Shown here piece after piece: positions 8,814 through 18,879 of a stretch of 48,989 bases of DNA (within the stretch, counting starts at the first letter, position 1; every line of letters begins with the position of its first letter). The DNA comes from Candidatus Micrarchaeota archaeon (GTDB lineage: Archaea; Micrarchaeota; Micrarchaeia; Anstonellales; Bilamarchaeaceae). The notes under the pieces are model-generated. The model was not told the origin of the DNA and searched no databases. It worked only from the letters and a program-made list of their open reading frames with translations. Location of the stretch: positions 1 to 48,989 of the forward strand of contig WJIU01000032.1 in NCBI GenBank assembly GCA_014730115.1, written 5' to 3'. Made by a program: the position numbers and the translations under genes.

Positions 8814-9617
8814 TCAGATATCAACATTCTTGCCGCTGGCATCCCGTTTCCTTTTTCCGAAGTCAGGCATTGAAAGAACTTCCTCTCCGGTGAACACCGG
8901 CCCGTCTTGGCAGCAGAGGTGGCCGTTTATGTCGCAGGAGCCACAAATCCCGACTCCGCATTTCATGTGCCTCTCAACCGAAACCTGGCAGGGCATTCCA
9001 TGGTCATGGCAGACCTTTGCCGCCGCCAGCATCATCTTCTCCGGTCCGCAGGCATAGACCTGGTCAATCTTTTTTTCGCCAATCAGCCATTCCGCCTCAA
9101 TCATGACCGTTCCTTTTTTGCCCCGTGAGCCGTCGTCAGTGGTTATAAACGCTTCCTTGCTCACTGTAAAAAGCTGCTTTTCCCATATAATATCCTTGCC
9201 TGTTTTGCCTCCAACCACTGAATAAACACCCATTCCGTTCTGCTTTGCAACCCTGGCCAGGAAATACATGGGCACCACACCATAGCCGCCGCCGATTACC
9301 AGCATGCTTTTTGCATCCTTTGGTATCCGGAACGGCCTCCCGAAAGGTCCGCGGTAGGAAACCATGTCACCTGCCCTGAGCTCGTGCAGCTTGGACGAAA
9401 CCTTCCCCACACTGGCCACTGATATTGTGAGGGGGTTGCTGTTGCCGATGCTCATCGGCCGCTCACCCTCTCCCGGCACCCAGACCATCAGGAACTGCCC
9501 GGGCAGCGCATCCCTCATATCATGCTCTATCTCTATGGTCTTCACCCGGTAGTTCTCCTCAATCACTTTCCTGACCTTCCGGCTGTATACCGGCTTAATG
9601 TTTTCGAATTTCCTCAT
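8814..9617 (-). CDS. pyrK: Dihydroorotate dehydrogenase electron transfer subunit
   Basis: PGQFLMVW, RGPFG, GGGYG, TDDGS, CGP, MKCGVGICGSC..CQDGPVF. Start MRKFE overlaps the pyrD end. Confidence 0.9.
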   Translation of the reverse strand: MRKFENIKPVYSRKVRKVIEENYRVKTIEIEHDMRDALPGQFLMVWVPGEGERPMSIGNSNPLTISVASVGKVSSKLHELRAGDMVSYRGPFGRPFRIPKDAKSMLVIGGGYGVVPMYFLARVAKQNGMGVYSVVGGKTGKDIIWEKQLFTVSKEAFITTDDGSRGKKGTVMIEAEWLIGEKKIDQVYACGPEKMMLAAAKVCHDHGMPCQVSVERHMKCGVGICGSCDINGHLCCQDGPVFTGEEVLSMPDFGKRKRDASGKNVDI

Positions 9618-10533
9618 GAACTGCACCTTTAATCTCGTCAATGCTGCTGTATCCGTACATGTCCAGCCAGACATTCATCTCCCTGGCAATCAAATCAAAT
9701 GCCTCCGGCCCCCTGTAGTATACTGCAGTCCCTACTCCGGTCCAGCTCGCGCCCGCCATCATCATCTCAATTGCATCCACTCCTGCATTTATCCCGCCGG
9801 TTCCGATTACCGGAATGTCCACTGAACTGGTAATGTCATACACGCAACGTACTGCAACAGGCTTTATGGGCGGGCCGCTCAGCCCCCCCATTCCGAATCC
9901 CAGGACAGGCATCTTCCGGTGTATGTCAATCTTCATGCCCGGCCCCAGCGAATTGCCCATGTTGATTGCATCTGCGCCCGCATCCCTTGCGGCTCCGGCC
10001 GCCTTTACCACTCCGGGAACAGACGGGGACAGCTTGATTATCAGGGGCAGTTTGGTGTTTTCCTTTATTGCAGAGGTGATGTCTGCAACTGATTCTGCCG
10101 CTCCCTGCCCTGCCATCGTGCCGTAGCCGGGGGTATGGGGGCAGGAAAGCACCGCCTCCACCGCACTGGCATTAAGCTCATCGCCCTGATTTTCTATAGT
10201 TTCAGCAAGCGCTGAAAATTCCTTTCTGTCCTTCCCCACTATGCTGATTATCAGGGGCTCTTCTCTCTTCCAGCCGCTGAACTCCTTTAGCCCCTCTTCA
10301 ATGCCGGGATTGGGATACCCCATTGCATTCAGGAGTCCGCATTCTGTTTCCACAATGTTCGGGCCCTCATGACCCTTTCGCGGCTCCATGGACAGGGATT
10401 TGGTGGTTACGGTGCCGCATCCGCTGTTGCATGACCTTTCCAGGCTTTCCCTTGTCATTCCCAGAACACCGGATGCAAGGATTATCGGGTTTTTCAGCTT
10501 CCTGCCGAAAAATTCGCACTCCAGACTTGCCAT
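9595..10533 (-). CDS. pyrD: Dihydroorotate dehydrogenase (family 1B) catalytic subunit
   Basis: NPIILASG, TTKS, LNAMGYPNPG, SCPH, KLSP, GGLSG, GTGGI. Confidence 0.92.
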   Translation of the reverse strand: MASLECEFFGRKLKNPIILASGVLGMTRESLERSCNSGCGTVTTKSLSMEPRKGHEGPNIVETECGLLNAMGYPNPGIEEGLKEFSGWKREEPLIISIVGKDRKEFSALAETIENQGDELNASAVEAVLSCPHTPGYGTMAGQGAAESVADITSAIKENTKLPLIIKLSPSVPGVVKAAGAARDAGADAINMGNSLGPGMKIDIHRKMPVLGFGMGGLSGPPIKPVAVRCVYDITSSVDIPVIGTGGINAGVDAIEMMMAGASWTGVGTAVYYRGPEAFDLIAREMNVWLDMYGYSSIDEIKGAVHEEIRKH

Positions 10534-10683
10534 AAGAATTACCAGGGAAACTGCTGTTTTAATCTTAATAAACCCTTACTCTGCTGTGGTCGCAGAGCCG
10601 GCCCCGGGGAATGCTTAAGTTTATTTGCCGGCCTTGCGCGGCAGCTTTAAAAAGGTTAGAATTCTATGCACTGCGTGATTGTC

Positions 10684-11358
10684 ATGATGAAAAATGCAGC
10701 GATTCTTTCAATTGTATTTGCCCTTCTGCTTTTCGGCTGTGCTGCTCCCGAGCAGCAAGGCGAAGGGCCTGCGGCCGGCGAAGAACAGGCCGGTGAAGCA
10801 GAGGACAATGCAACCGGACCATCTGAAACCGGGGACGGCGTTTCTGACAGCGACACCGGCGATGAGGACGGAGCAGGGCAGGAGCCTGACAGCGGAGTTG
10901 ACCTCACCGGGCTTGACTACGCAGCAGTCATGGCCCTCGGAATTCCGGTGCAGTGCGACATCACCACCACCCAGGACGGCGAGACCACGGATGTCAAGCT
11001 GTATGCAAACGGCGAGAATGAAATCCGCTGGGAATCCGAAATGGAAGGGATGGAAGAATGCGGCAAATTCGTTTACATACTGAAAAACAACAAGGTTTAT
11101 TTTGGGTGCGAAGGCAGCAAATTCCCTCCCGGCTCCACCTGTGACTGGCTTACTATGGAGTCCGAAGCCGGGGACGGCGGCGAGCCGAGCGGAGATATGG
11201 GGGGCATGACCGTTGACACCCCTGAGTTTGAAGATGTTCCGTCCACCCAGATAAGCTGCCTGCCCTGGATTTATGATTCATCCATGTTTGCTACACCGGG
11301 CAAGGTGTGCACCATGGAGGACTACATGCAGGAAGCCATGGACGGATATGAATACTGA
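10684..11358 (+). CDS. Hypothetical acidic lipoprotein
   Basis: Signal ending LLFGC, D/E/G-rich linker, domain with 6 further Cys; upstream GTGA SD-like element. Confidence 0.75.
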   Translation: MMKNAAILSIVFALLLFGCAAPEQQGEGPAAGEEQAGEAEDNATGPSETGDGVSDSDTGDEDGAGQEPDSGVDLTGLDYAAVMALGIPVQCDITTTQDGETTDVKLYANGENEIRWESEMEGMEECGKFVYILKNNKVYFGCEGSKFPPGSTCDWLTMESEAGDGGEPSGDMGGMTVDTPEFEDVPSTQISCLPWIYDSSMFATPGKVCTMEDYMQEAMDGYEY

Positions 11359-11363
11359 TGCTC

Positions 11364-11426
11364 AAGAGGGGGGCCACCATCCCACCCACCCATCCCTCCT
11401 TGTATGGTGGTTTTCCCCTTCTTTTT
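11364..11426 (+). terminator. Stem-loop followed by a T-rich tract
   Basis: CCACCAT (11374-11380) pairs with ATGGTGG (11404-11410); followed by TTTTCCCCTTCTTTTT right after the lipoprotein stop. Confidence 0.5.
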
Positions 11427-11499
11427 CTTGTTTCTGCAATATTAGGGGATTTTATATTCTTTTCTTTGCAATTTAACGTAACGTCTAAGAGGGGGGTAC

Positions 11500-12540
11500 A
11501 TGTTCGAAGATATTGTCAAAGCAGCTAAGGAAGACGAATCCCTGAGGGATACCGAGAGTTCAAACATCCGGATTGCGGTTCTGGGCGTAGGAGGCGCAGG
11601 GTGCAATTGCATCAACCGCATTTACAACACTGGCATTAAAAGTGCAAAGACCATTGCAATCAATACTGATGGAAAGCACCTGAATATTATGAACGCCCAC
11701 AAGAAGGTGCTTCTTGGGAAGACCATTACCAGGGGCTTGGGGGCAGGCGGTGACACTGGCGTTGCCAAGAAATGCGCCGAAGTAGACCGGGACCTTCTGA
11801 AAAAGGAAATAGGCGAAAATGAGCTTGCTTTTCTTTGTGCAGGCATGGGCGGAGGAACCGGCGGAGGCGCATCGCCGGAGATTGCCCGGATTGCCAAGGA
11901 GCAGGGAGCCATCGTGGTGGCAATGGTTACCTATCCGTTTGCACTGGAGAGGGTCCGGCTAAAGAAGGCCCAGGCATCCCTTCAGGAGCTGGTAAAGGTA
12001 TGTGATACCGTAGTGGTGATAGACAACAACCGGCTGGCTGAGTATGCGCCCAACCTTCCCATAAACAAGGCATTTGAGCTTGCAGACTCCATAACCACCC
12101 GCGCAGTTACCGGCATTTCCGACACAATCATGTTCCCCAGCCTTATCAATGTGGACTATGCAGACGTTAAAACAGTGATGGAAGGCGGGGGGCTTTCTAT
12201 GATATCCCTGGGCAGCGGAAACGGCCATGACAAGGTCAACGATGCAGTCAAGGATACCCTTGAGCATCCGCTGCTGGATGTGGATTATGAAGGAGCCCGG
12301 GGCTGCCTTATTCATCTCGAAGGAGGGTCTGAGCTTACCCTGGGGGACGCAATCAGGACCGGAGAGCTGCTTACCGAAAGCTTTGATGAGAATGCAAATA
12401 TAAAGATTGGCGCTAGAATTAACCCTGCTGTCAAAAGCGGCATAAGAATCACCGCAATAATTACCGGTGTAAAGTCGCCTTATATACTGGGCAAGGGCGA
12501 GCAGTCCGCTGAAGAGCGAGAACAGATTGAATATCTGTAA
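11500..12540 (+). CDS. ftsZ: Cell division protein FtsZ (FtsZ2-like)
   Basis: GVGGAGCN, AINTD, GMGGGTGGG tubulin signature, PFxxER, IDNNRL, NVDYADV. Confidence 0.96.
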   Translation: MFEDIVKAAKEDESLRDTESSNIRIAVLGVGGAGCNCINRIYNTGIKSAKTIAINTDGKHLNIMNAHKKVLLGKTITRGLGAGGDTGVAKKCAEVDRDLLKKEIGENELAFLCAGMGGGTGGGASPEIARIAKEQGAIVVAMVTYPFALERVRLKKAQASLQELVKVCDTVVVIDNNRLAEYAPNLPINKAFELADSITTRAVTGISDTIMFPSLINVDYADVKTVMEGGGLSMISLGSGNGHDKVNDAVKDTLEHPLLDVDYEGARGCLIHLEGGSELTLGDAIRTGELLTESFDENANIKIGARINPAVKSGIRITAIITGVKSPYILGKGEQSAEEREQIEYL

Positions 12541-12555
12541 AATATTGGTGAATTT

Positions 12556-15500
12556 GTGTTTGTATCCTTTGAACTACTGCTATTACTATTCTGGATTTTT
12601 GTTTCTGCCTTTATTCCCGGGGCCATCCTGTCTTTTGGAATCTTAAGGAAGCAGGATTTCCTCTGGCTTGAGAAGCTGCTGATTGGATTTGCGCTGGGAA
12701 TCGTCCTGCTTGCCCTGATTCCGTTTCTTATGTATTTCCTGGCCGGGGTAAAATTCAGCTACATGGTTGCAGTTGTCTCGGTTGCCCTTCTTTACTTGAT
12801 ATCAATTGCGGTATTTGTCTGGAAAAAAGCATATGAAGGGCTGAAGCTTCCGGAAATGCCGAAGCTTGGAGCAGAGAATATTACAGTCACAAAAGAAGCA
12901 GCAGTTTCATTTTTCCTTCTGCTGATACTGGTGGTCAGCTTTATGCTGAGGGTGGGCACCTACAGCCCGGTATTCCAGGAGCTGGACCCCTACTACTACA
13001 CGTACATTGCCCAGCAGCTTCTGGTATTCGGGGAAAACCCGTTTGACGACCAGACTGCCTGGTACCCTGAGCTGGAAGTGGAGCACCGGCAGGTGCCTGC
13101 ACTCTCTTATCTTGAAGCTGTCTGGTATTCCCTTTACAATGGCGGGACAGAATACGACAACATGCTTCTGGCGGTGCTGGCGTCCATGTATCCCCCGGTT
13201 GCCGCAGTGCTTGCGGTGTTTTTCATCTATCTCTTTGTCTCGGTGGTTACCAAAAGGGAATGGGGCCTGGTTTCCGCAGGCCTGGCCACTTCAGTGCCTA
13301 TTTTCATAATGAAGCTTTCCGCAGGAGAGCAGGAAATCCAGCCATATGCATTCTTTTCGCTGACATTTTTCTTTGCAATGTATGCACTCACCCTGAAAAG
13401 AAAGGGGGGACTGCTCTTCCCGGCACTGGCCGGCCTTGGCTTTGCCGCGGTTGCACTGGGAAGCGGGTCCCAGGTTCTTGCAATGATATCTGCCATGCTG
13501 TTCATGGTTGTACAGTCAATAGCCCTCTATCTGAGAGATGAAGACGAATCCGGGCTCTTCAGCCTGCTGAAATCAAATGCGGTGATATTCCTCATCGGCC
13601 CTTTCCTGGGAAGCTTTATACTCAGGGACTGGTTCCGGCGCGGATGGTTCACCATGGACTTCACCATAGTTGCCCCCTACTTCCTTGCGCTGGCATTTGT
13701 GGGACTTTTGTATATTCTCAAGAAAAAGCTGCCTGATTTCCAGAAGGCATCCCTGGCCCTTGCCGCTGTCCTGCTAGTGGGGATGGTTGCCCTGGCCGCA
13801 ACGCCTCTTGGGGAGTATGCCACCAAATCTGCAAAAAGGGCATTCGGCATAGCGGAATTCCGCTTTCCTCTCCAGAGAACAATCGCAGAGCAGAACCTTG
13901 CCCCCTCCAACCTGGGAAGCACGATGGGCTTCGTTGCTCAGACCTATGATGTGGTGTTTGCCACCCTGCTCACACCGGTAACAGCAATCCTGCGGCTGGG
14001 CTCGGAAGGCGCCGCAGCCGGCCTGGAAGACGGGCTGGGCTGGATATTCTCCCAGCTGTTCCTGATTGTTACAGTCCCGGTCAATCTTGCGCTTGCCCTG
14101 TTTGTCGGCATAGTGAACCTGGTGCTTGGCACCAACGTCCAGTTTGTTGACAAGGCCAACAGCCTGCTGCTGCTTTGGGTGCTTGCCTTCTGGGTTGCAG
14201 CAGCATATGCCCTTTACCGGTTTGTAAAATACAAGGAAAACAACCTTTCCCTGCTGATGCTCACATTCATCATGCCTGCCTTTGTGGTCGGCATAATCAA
14301 GGCAAAATACACGGTATACGCAGCCGTGCTGCTCTCGGTTGCCATCGGATTCTCCCTTGGAACCCTGGGCGGGCCTCTGAGCGAGATTTTAAAGGGCGAG
14401 AAAACCAGGGAAGCTGTGGGCCGCGCACTGCTTGTAGTGGGGACTGCGCTGGTTGTAATCCAGTTTGCATTCGGTGGCTTTGCGCCTTCTCTTCTCTGGG
14501 GGTCTGCAATTCCGCTGTACCAGAATGACCCGGCAGAACTTGCCCCCAAGTTTCAGCAGTTCTGCGATGTTTCCAATGATTCCGTTGTATGCGCCGCAGC
14601 TGAAGACCCGACGGGATATGCAGAGCAGGGGACCAACTACCAGTACAACAGAAAGCTCTGCGAGCTTTCCATCCTGTCTGATTATTCCCATTACAGCAAG
14701 CGGGGAAAGGCACCTTTCTGGGAAGCTTCGGTGGCCTCCTTCCGCTGCCAGCGTATTGCCCCCTACTGGATTGAGACCATGGAGTGGATACGCCACAACA
14801 CTGAAAACGATTCCCGGACCACCTCCTGGTGGGACTACGGCCACTGGATAAACTTCTTTGGCCAGAAAAATGCAGTTCTCAGAAACGAGCACCGCTCCAA
14901 GACAATGATTGGCGCGGTTGCGGACGGGTATCTTGATGCCACCCCCGAAGAGCTTAAGGACTGGATGAAAGAGCATGACAGCGAATATGCCCTTTTAGAC
15001 ATGGAGCTCATTATGAGCGGCGCATCCCTGGGTGGAAAATACGGTGCTTTGAATTATCTTTCCTGCGCCCACAACAACGAGACCACTGTGGAAAGAGGCA
15101 CCATGAAGTCCGACTGTGAAGCTGAACACCTGTGGGAGACCATATTCATTTCCAGCCAGCCCTGCACAATATCAAAAACCGGCAACAAGACCGGAAACCT
15201 TGCCTACAAGGTTTACGAAGACGTATACCAGGAAAAGAACGGGGAGGCCGAGTTCCTCGGCACTTTCTACCGCCACTATTACCCTCCTGGCTGTGTCAAT
15301 CCCAAGGATGCCAACACGGTTTCCTACTGCAGGAATGCAGTTCACATGGAGCCGGCCTATTGCGTGGGCAACGTCTTGCTGGCCACCAACGAAACAATTC
15401 CCGGAACATACTACCTTAACCAGACCTATCCTACCGGAGACCTCAAGCTGAACAAGGCAATGCTTCAGCTGCCGTTGCAGTACCACACCTCTCACCTTGG

Positions 15501-15705
15501 CCCGGTAACTGCAGCAACCCTGTTTTACACCAATGAGCCAATCTGGATTGAGAACGGAGTGATAAAATCAGGCTATGAGGACCGGAAAGGAGAGTTCTAT
15601 GATTCCAACCTTTACAAGGGCCTTTTCCTGAACAGCATCCCGGGATTCGAGCTGGCATTCACCTCCAGCGGCGGAGCGGTCAAGATTTACAAAATAGCTG
15701 ATTGA
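12556..15705 (+). CDS. aglB: Oligosaccharyltransferase AglB/STT3
   Basis: Many TM segments, ELDPYYY, TIAEQ (TIXE), WWDYGHWI; GGTGA SD four nt before the GTG start. Confidence 0.88.
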   Translation: MFVSFELLLLLFWIFVSAFIPGAILSFGILRKQDFLWLEKLLIGFALGIVLLALIPFLMYFLAGVKFSYMVAVVSVALLYLISIAVFVWKKAYEGLKLPEMPKLGAENITVTKEAAVSFFLLLILVVSFMLRVGTYSPVFQELDPYYYTYIAQQLLVFGENPFDDQTAWYPELEVEHRQVPALSYLEAVWYSLYNGGTEYDNMLLAVLASMYPPVAAVLAVFFIYLFVSVVTKREWGLVSAGLATSVPIFIMKLSAGEQEIQPYAFFSLTFFFAMYALTLKRKGGLLFPALAGLGFAAVALGSGSQVLAMISAMLFMVVQSIALYLRDEDESGLFSLLKSNAVIFLIGPFLGSFILRDWFRRGWFTMDFTIVAPYFLALAFVGLLYILKKKLPDFQKASLALAAVLLVGMVALAATPLGEYATKSAKRAFGIAEFRFPLQRTIAEQNLAPSNLGSTMGFVAQTYDVVFATLLTPVTAILRLGSEGAAAGLEDGLGWIFSQLFLIVTVPVNLALALFVGIVNLVLGTNVQFVDKANSLLLLWVLAFWVAAAYALYRFVKYKENNLSLLMLTFIMPAFVVGIIKAKYTVYAAVLLSVAIGFSLGTLGGPLSEILKGEKTREAVGRALLVVGTALVVIQFAFGGFAPSLLWGSAIPLYQNDPAELAPKFQQFCDVSNDSVVCAAAEDPTGYAEQGTNYQYNRKLCELSILSDYSHYSKRGKAPFWEASVASFRCQRIAPYWIETMEWIRHNTENDSRTTSWWDYGHWINFFGQKNAVLRNEHRSKTMIGAVADGYLDATPEELKDWMKEHDSEYALLDMELIMSGASLGGKYGALNYLSCAHNNETTVERGTMKSDCEAEHLWETIFISSQPCTISKTGNKTGNLAYKVYEDVYQEKNGEAEFLGTFYRHYYPPGCVNPKDANTVSYCRNAVHMEPAYCVGNVLLATNETIPGTYYLNQTYPTGDLKLNKAMLQLPLQYHTSHLGPVTAATLFYTNEPIWIENGVIKSGYEDRKGEFYDSNLYKGLFLNSIPGFELAFTSSGGAVKIYKIAD

Positions 15706-15706
15706 A

Positions 15707-17017
15707 ATGTATTCAGACAAAGTAAAGAAACTCCTGAAGAAAAAAAATATCGGGGTGGGGGACCTGGTCAGGGTGCTTTCAAGAGGGGCCAGGTTTACCG
15801 GAATGCTGATGCCCCGCCCGTTTTCAGGAGACCCCGATGTTGTGGTAATCAAGCAGGAGAGCGGCTATAACATCGGAATCAAGGCGGATGAGATTGAGCT
15901 TTTGGAGACTGCAGGGGCAAGGCCTGAGCACAAGGCTGAGCAGGAGGCCCCCAAAAAAGGGGATGTTGCCATCCTGGGCTGCGGGGGGACCATTGCCTCC
16001 AGAATCGAGTATAAGACCGGGGCGGTTTACCCATCCATCACTCCCAAGGAATTGAGAACCGCATTCCCGAAATTAAAGAAATGGCCCATCCATTCCCGCC
16101 AGATATTCTCTTTGTTTTCAGAAGACATGAATGCCGGCCACTGGAGGGTGCTTGCCGATGAGATTGAAAATGAAATCAAAAAGGGCTCAGAGGGCGTAGT
16201 GGTCATGCACGGCACCGATACCATGGCATACACTGCCGCTGCCATGAGCTTTATGCTTCAGAACCTTCCTGTTCCCGTAGTCCTGGTGGGCTCCCAGAGA
16301 AGCTCGGACCGGCCTTCCAGTGAAAATGAGATGAATCTGCTGAATTCAGTTTATGCAGCAACCAAAGATGTGGGGGAGGTGATGGTGTGCATGCATTCCA
16401 GCACCAATGATGACTATTGCCACTTCCATCGCGGGACCAAGGTGAGGAAGATGCACACCTCCAGAAGGGACGCTTTTCATTCAATCAATGCCCTCCCCCT
16501 TTTCAGGGCCGACTACAGGAATGATGTTTTTGAAGAGCTGTCCGGGCACAGGAAAAGGTCGGGCGGAGAGCTGGTTTCCAGAAAGAAGCTCAACGATAAT
16601 ATTGCAATGGTTTATGCCCATCCCAACATAAGGCCGGAATTCATATCCGGGCTTGATTCCTATGACGGCGTGGTTCTGGTCGGAACCGGGCTGGGCCATG
16701 TGCCGGTCAATGCCTTTGACGACAAAACAGTAACCAGCATCTACCAGCCGCTAAAAGAGCTGATTGAATCAGGCATTCCGGTGGTAATGAGCTCCCAGTG
16801 CATATCCGGAAGGCTTTGCATGAGGGTGTACACCAACGGAAGGCTTCTCAACAGGGCAGGAGTAATAGGGGACGGGGCGGACTGGACCCCGGAAACTGCA
16901 TACGTGAAATTGTGCTGGGTTCTTGGCCAGACCAGGGATATGAAAAAGGCCGGGAAGCTAATGATGGCCGATGTTGCGGGTGAAATCAGCAGCAGGTCTG
17001 TACTGGAGGAAATCTGA
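15707..17017 (+). CDS. gatD: Glu-tRNA(Gln) amidotransferase subunit D
   Basis: GGTIASRIEYKTGAV, HGTDTM, GSQRSSDRPSS, RKMHTSRRDAF. Confidence 0.95.
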   Translation: MYSDKVKKLLKKKNIGVGDLVRVLSRGARFTGMLMPRPFSGDPDVVVIKQESGYNIGIKADEIELLETAGARPEHKAEQEAPKKGDVAILGCGGTIASRIEYKTGAVYPSITPKELRTAFPKLKKWPIHSRQIFSLFSEDMNAGHWRVLADEIENEIKKGSEGVVVMHGTDTMAYTAAAMSFMLQNLPVPVVLVGSQRSSDRPSSENEMNLLNSVYAATKDVGEVMVCMHSSTNDDYCHFHRGTKVRKMHTSRRDAFHSINALPLFRADYRNDVFEELSGHRKRSGGELVSRKKLNDNIAMVYAHPNIRPEFISGLDSYDGVVLVGTGLGHVPVNAFDDKTVTSIYQPLKELIESGIPVVMSSQCISGRLCMRVYTNGRLLNRAGVIGDGADWTPETAYVKLCWVLGQTRDMKKAGKLMMADVAGEISSRSVLEEI

Positions 17018-18814
17018 ATGAAGGTTGGAATAGAAATCCATCAGCGTCTTGATACCCACAAGCTTTTCTGCAACTGTCCTTCCCGGCTGGTAGAAAAAGA
17101 GCCCGACCTTCTTATCACCCGGCAGCTTCATCCGGTATTCAGCGAGCTGGGAGAGATAGACGAAGCCTCCCGTGCGGAATATGAAAAAAGAAAGGTTTTC
17201 GAATATCAGGTTTTCCACGAATCCAACTGCCTGGTTGAAATAGATGAAGAGCCCCCCCATACCATGAACGAGGATGCACTGAAGATAGTGCTGGGGGTTG
17301 CAAAGCAGCTCCATGCAAAGCCTGTGGACGAGGTCCACATCATGAGAAAGGTGGTTATTGACGGTAGCAATACCTCCGGATTCCAGAGGACATCAGTTGT
17401 GGCGCTGAACGGCCACCTGAAAAGCTCCAAGGGAACTGTCCGGATTCCCACCATTGCACTGGAGGAGGAGAGCGCAGGCATAGTTGCTTCGGAATCAAGG
17501 AGGGTTACATACCGGCTTGACCGCCTTGGAATTCCCCTGATTGAAATTGCCACTGACCCGGACATAAAAGACGGCGAGCACCTGCGTGAGGTAGCCGAAA
17601 AACTGGGCATGATACTGAGAGCCACCGGCAGGGTGGCAAGGGGCCTTGGCACAATAAGGCAGGACGTGAATATCTCAACTGCAGGTGGAGCCAGGGTTGA
17701 AATCAAGGGTGCCCAGGAGCTGAAGATGCTTCCGCTTTATGTTGAAAATGAGGAACAAAGGCAGGTTGAGCTGGTGAAGATACTTCTGGAGCTGAGGAAA
17801 AGAAAAGCGCTGCCGGTTGAACTGAATCCGGTGGACGTTACCAGCGTTTTCAGCAAAACTGATGCCAGGCTTATAAGAAAGGGCGTGGATTCCGGCATGG
17901 TGGCAATGGCCCAGAAGCTTGCAGGCCACAAGGGGCTGCTCGGGCGCCAGATTCAGAAAGGAAGGCGCTACGGCACTGAGCTTAGCGACTACGCCAAGCT
18001 TGCAGGCGTAAAAGGGATAATCCACGGCGATGAGGACCTTTCCAAATACAAGATCTCCGAAGCAGAGGAAAAGGGGCTCGGGAAAAAACTCGATTTAGGG
18101 GGGGACGATGTATTCGTGATGGTTGTAGCTCCGGCGGAGCAGGCAACAAAGGCGCTTGAGCATGCCGTCCGCCGTGCCAGCATGGACTTTGTCCCCGAGG
18201 AAACCAGAAAGGCACGGCCTGACGGGACCAGCAGCTTCATGAGGCCGCTTCCGGGAAGGGCAAGGCTCTATCCTGAAACTGACGTCCCTCCGATTCCGGT
18301 AGACCGGGACCTGCTTGCATCCGTGGAAAGCTATGAATCCCCTGAGGAAAAAAGGAAAAGGCTCAGCAAGATGCTCAATCCGGAGATGGCAGAAAGGATG
18401 ATGCGTTCCAGGAACATCCATCTTTTTGAGAAGCTTGTTGAAAAAGGCGCAGACCCGATGCTTGCCGCCACTACCCTGGAAGACACGGTAGTGTCCCTGA
18501 GGCGGGAAGGAATAAAATTCAAGGATTTGGAAGGCGCCCTGCTTGAGCTTTTCAGGGAGTACAATAAAGGCAAATTCGTCAAGGCAGCGATACCTGAAAT
18601 ACTCAGGGCGGTGGCCAAGGGAGCCAGTGTTGATTCTGTTCTGAGGGTATACCGCCTGCAGAAAGTGTCCGGCAGGGACCTGGGAAAGCTCGTTGAAGAA
18701 GAGGGTTATGATATGAAAAAAGTGATGCAGAAGCACCGCCTTCAGGTTGACCCCGCAGAAGTGGCTGAAATCATCAAGAAAAAACCCAAAAAAAGGCATT
18801 CTGAATACCGCTGA
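17018..18814 (+). CDS. gatE: Glu-tRNA(Gln) amidotransferase subunit E
   Basis: GIEIHQRL..KLFC, DEEPPH, IDGSNTSGFQRT, RGLGTIRQDVN, RPLPG..RLYPETD. Confidence 0.95.
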   Translation: MKVGIEIHQRLDTHKLFCNCPSRLVEKEPDLLITRQLHPVFSELGEIDEASRAEYEKRKVFEYQVFHESNCLVEIDEEPPHTMNEDALKIVLGVAKQLHAKPVDEVHIMRKVVIDGSNTSGFQRTSVVALNGHLKSSKGTVRIPTIALEEESAGIVASESRRVTYRLDRLGIPLIEIATDPDIKDGEHLREVAEKLGMILRATGRVARGLGTIRQDVNISTAGGARVEIKGAQELKMLPLYVENEEQRQVELVKILLELRKRKALPVELNPVDVTSVFSKTDARLIRKGVDSGMVAMAQKLAGHKGLLGRQIQKGRRYGTELSDYAKLAGVKGIIHGDEDLSKYKISEAEEKGLGKKLDLGGDDVFVMVVAPAEQATKALEHAVRRASMDFVPEETRKARPDGTSSFMRPLPGRARLYPETDVPPIPVDRDLLASVESYESPEEKRKRLSKMLNPEMAERMMRSRNIHLFEKLVEKGADPMLAATTLEDTVVSLRREGIKFKDLEGALLELFREYNKGKFVKAAIPEILRAVAKGASVDSVLRVYRLQKVSGRDLGKLVEEEGYDMKKVMQKHRLQVDPAEVAEIIKKKPKKRHSEYR

Positions 18815-18879
18815 TTCCAAAGGTTGCTCTTTTTACATCCAAAATAGCATTTTAAAACATACTGTAACACATTATACAC

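Noticed and set aside
10579-10650. Hairpin CTCTGC/GCAGAG and repeated GCCGGCC between pyrD and the lipoprotein gene
   Set aside because: Short stems expected by chance; no tRNA, riboswitch or C/D pattern recognised.
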